A stretch of DNA of 64,000 nt from Raillietiella orientalis. Its lineage: Eukaryota. Numbering within the stretch: the first letter of the stretch is position 1; every line of letters begins with the position of its first letter. A model generated the notes under the pieces. It did not search any database, was not told where the DNA came from, and saw only the letters and a list, made by a program, of their open reading frames with translations. The stretch spans positions 1,984,001 to 2,048,000 of the forward strand of contig JAYWIR010000037.1 of NCBI GenBank assembly GCA_036172245.1, written 5' to 3'. Positions 61,569 through 64,000 of the stretch are shown one piece after another. Position numbers and translations under genes: made by a program.

Positions 61569-64000
61569 GACACCAGAGCGGAGAGACAATCCGATGCTCG
61601 CCTTCTGGTCTCTGATCCAACGCGCGTGCACTCCGGACTTGGGATGCAGTGATCACGTGTCCTACGAGAATGACCGCGTGGGAGAAAGGCTGCTCTCAAG
61701 GCAGCGAGCACTCAAGAGTCACGTAAACGGCGGTCGGTGTGCCACTGCACGTCCATGACGAATTGCTCTCCTGAGCTCTTCAACGCGTCCCCTACGCGTG
61801 GTCCGCGGTATCGAATGGATATCTGGCCGCGCCATGCTTAGATTTGCATAAGCGCGCGTATGCGCGAATTTCCGATCTCGAAAAAGCACCCTTCAGGACT
61901 GATGAAGGAAGCGGCTTGAAAATGGAGATGATGCAAAGCGTTTCGCTGAGGCTCATGCTAGCGGGATCGAAGATGCCTTCTCGGGAGGACGATTTAAACG
62001 GCTGTGAGGAATCAGGAAGTCATTTTCTCGTCACCTGCCCTGGAATAGCGGACCAGCGACGCATTCTACAAATCACTAGGTCTCTTTGGCTCGTTCCTCA
62101 TTCAGAGAACCGTTTTAGGGGTGATCGCTGAGATCATCTCTCTCCATCTATCTTTTCTCTCTTTCATTCTTTTGTTGTTGTTGTTGTTGTTTTCATCTCC
62201 TTCTGATCTGCACCCCAAACATGAATCTATTAGTGGTTTGAGATCTCTTCATCGAAACAGCTGCGTGGTGGTGCGGGGAAGTTTCCGGAGTGCCTCGCGC
62301 ACAGCTTCAGACATTGAGGCTGAGCTACGCACCACCTTGCAAACATCCCAGAGATTCTCCCTGGGCATCCAACGCACAGTTGGACTGCGTTCGGCTTCGG
62401 TTGTCGACGGCATCGTCCGTCCATTCAGAGGGAAAAACTTTCCACAGAGCCAGCGGCTCCAGAACGCTCCGGAAGCGTTCCCGTCTCGACACCTCCCGTG
62501 ACGATAGGAATGGAACGCATGCAGAGGACGCGGAGAACTGTCTACTCGCGTGGCTTGGATGATCAGGATGAGAAAGTAGGAAAAATTGGGAGGAGTTACA
62601 CGGACAATGAGTTGCCAGAGACACACAGAGAGCAACGAAAGAAGATAGAAGAAAGAAGATACCAGGGAGTCCAGTTTGATGGATACGGAACCTGTAGGCA
62701 GCACAGCTTCCTGAGAGTCATGGATGTTCAAGTGCTTCGGCATATGCCGTTCAAGAAGACTTGCGTTCACAGCATGTGTTTCTTAGCTCAAGTTTCCTGG
62801 AGTTCTTATCGGAGTTCGTGGAGCAGTCGAAATCTTTGTTTTTTCCAAATTAGGATCGCATAGGGAATCATTCAATCTTCCTACAAAACAAAACCACCCA
62901 TGGTAGCTGAAAATCAGCCTGCTCCACTATTTATTGGCCCATCGGCTTCCCTTGACCTCTAAGGTTTGGGGGCAACTACGTTCTCATTGCCCATGTTTAT
63001 AAGAAAAATCAAACTTTCGGATACTTGAGTCCATCTTGACTAAAATAAAAATGGTCAGTCTGGTTCCAGAGACTGTCAGGAAGCGACTAAATCTACTCAT
63101 TGAATCCAACTGGTCCAATACCGATCAGATGGCTTTTAAAGCATCTCTTTTGAACCTATCGACAGTGGCTTCTTCCACATGGAAACAAGTTGAAATCTGA
63201 ATATCAATATGATGACCTTTTGACCCATGATTGAAGCATATTCCTAAATGGTGGCCTATTCCTAAATCCACTTACTTCATCGTTTAAAAACGGTTGCGGA
63301 GAAATCCGGATCTAACCTAGGGTTCCAGCTTTCGAACATCCAGTTTCCAACAACAACAGCAGATAGCCATGTGGAACTTTTTGGTCCCTGAATTGTACTT
63401 TTCTTGACCTATGGGCATTTTACAACGACTTCGTATCAATGACCGTACTGTATGTCGTACTTAATGAAGGATCGACCATACATTGTGATTACAATGTTGT
63501 TAATGTTTTCAAATATCTTTTGTCTGCTTGAAGGTTCTTCGGAGCTATCCCAGGCCTTCTATATGCTTACTGATAGTGAGTAAGCTGACTTACTGCTTCG
63601 GTTTGGATGACTACAACGAAATTAGATGGCTAATGAATCCACCTAATTAACTCATCCACTTTTATATTGAACGTGAACGTGATGCTTAGAAGGGAGTCTC
63701 TTGAAATGACACGCAAAGTACATTTGTTAGTACCACTGTGCTGTTCGTGTATTTATTGTTCAAAGGACATATATAAAGGCTGGTTAACCCACAGTCGGCA
63801 CGGGAAGCGAACACCGAACACGGCGGAGCCAACCTCTGTATGAGACGACATTACTGGCAGGGTCGAAGGCGCTATGGAACACCCTTCACCGAAGAACTCT
63901 CTTGCATTTCCAGCTTTCTTCAGATGTTTCTGTGTCTGCAAGCTCATCATTCTCGAATATTCTATGCTTGAGATGCTTTTTCCACTCTAATATCAAATTC

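Noticed and set aside
1..64000. Prokaryotic systems (CRISPR arrays, operons, defence islands), rRNA or organellar inserts
   Set aside because: No regularly spaced repeats, no long intronless genes and no rRNA signatures; the spliceosomal exon-intron structure shows eukaryotic nuclear DNA

Overview
Eukaryotic, intron-rich, transposon-littered genomic DNA, most likely from an arthropod (inferred from the receptor motifs; no species can be assigned). The main content is a head-to-head pair of kainate-class ionotropic glutamate receptor (iGluR) genes. (1) A complete + strand gene assembled by hand from 16 exons (28774-61568, 2697 nt, about 898 aa: signal peptide, ATD, S1, M1-M2-M3 with [10 protein letters not shown]2, M4, C-tail). 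It has a genomically encoded Arg at the Q/R pore site, a GC-AG intron and two binding-pocket substitutions. (2) The first 2-3 exons of a diverged paralog on the - strand (about 15277 to 11481) with matching exon sizes and phases; its remaining exons were not found. Introns and the 13.5 kb intergenic region hold five copies of a ~700 bp tRNA-headed SINE-like repeat, degenerate restriction-like-endonuclease (NeSL/Utopia/R2-type) retrotransposon remnants, a Ginger/KRBA2-type integrase transposon remnant with TIRs, and several foldback/MITE-like inverted repeats. One perfect hairpin carries a template-switch signature. Nearly all other ORFs in the track are spurious. I found no convincing wholly new system; the best leads are the divergent iGluR pair, the pore and pocket variants, and the SINE family.
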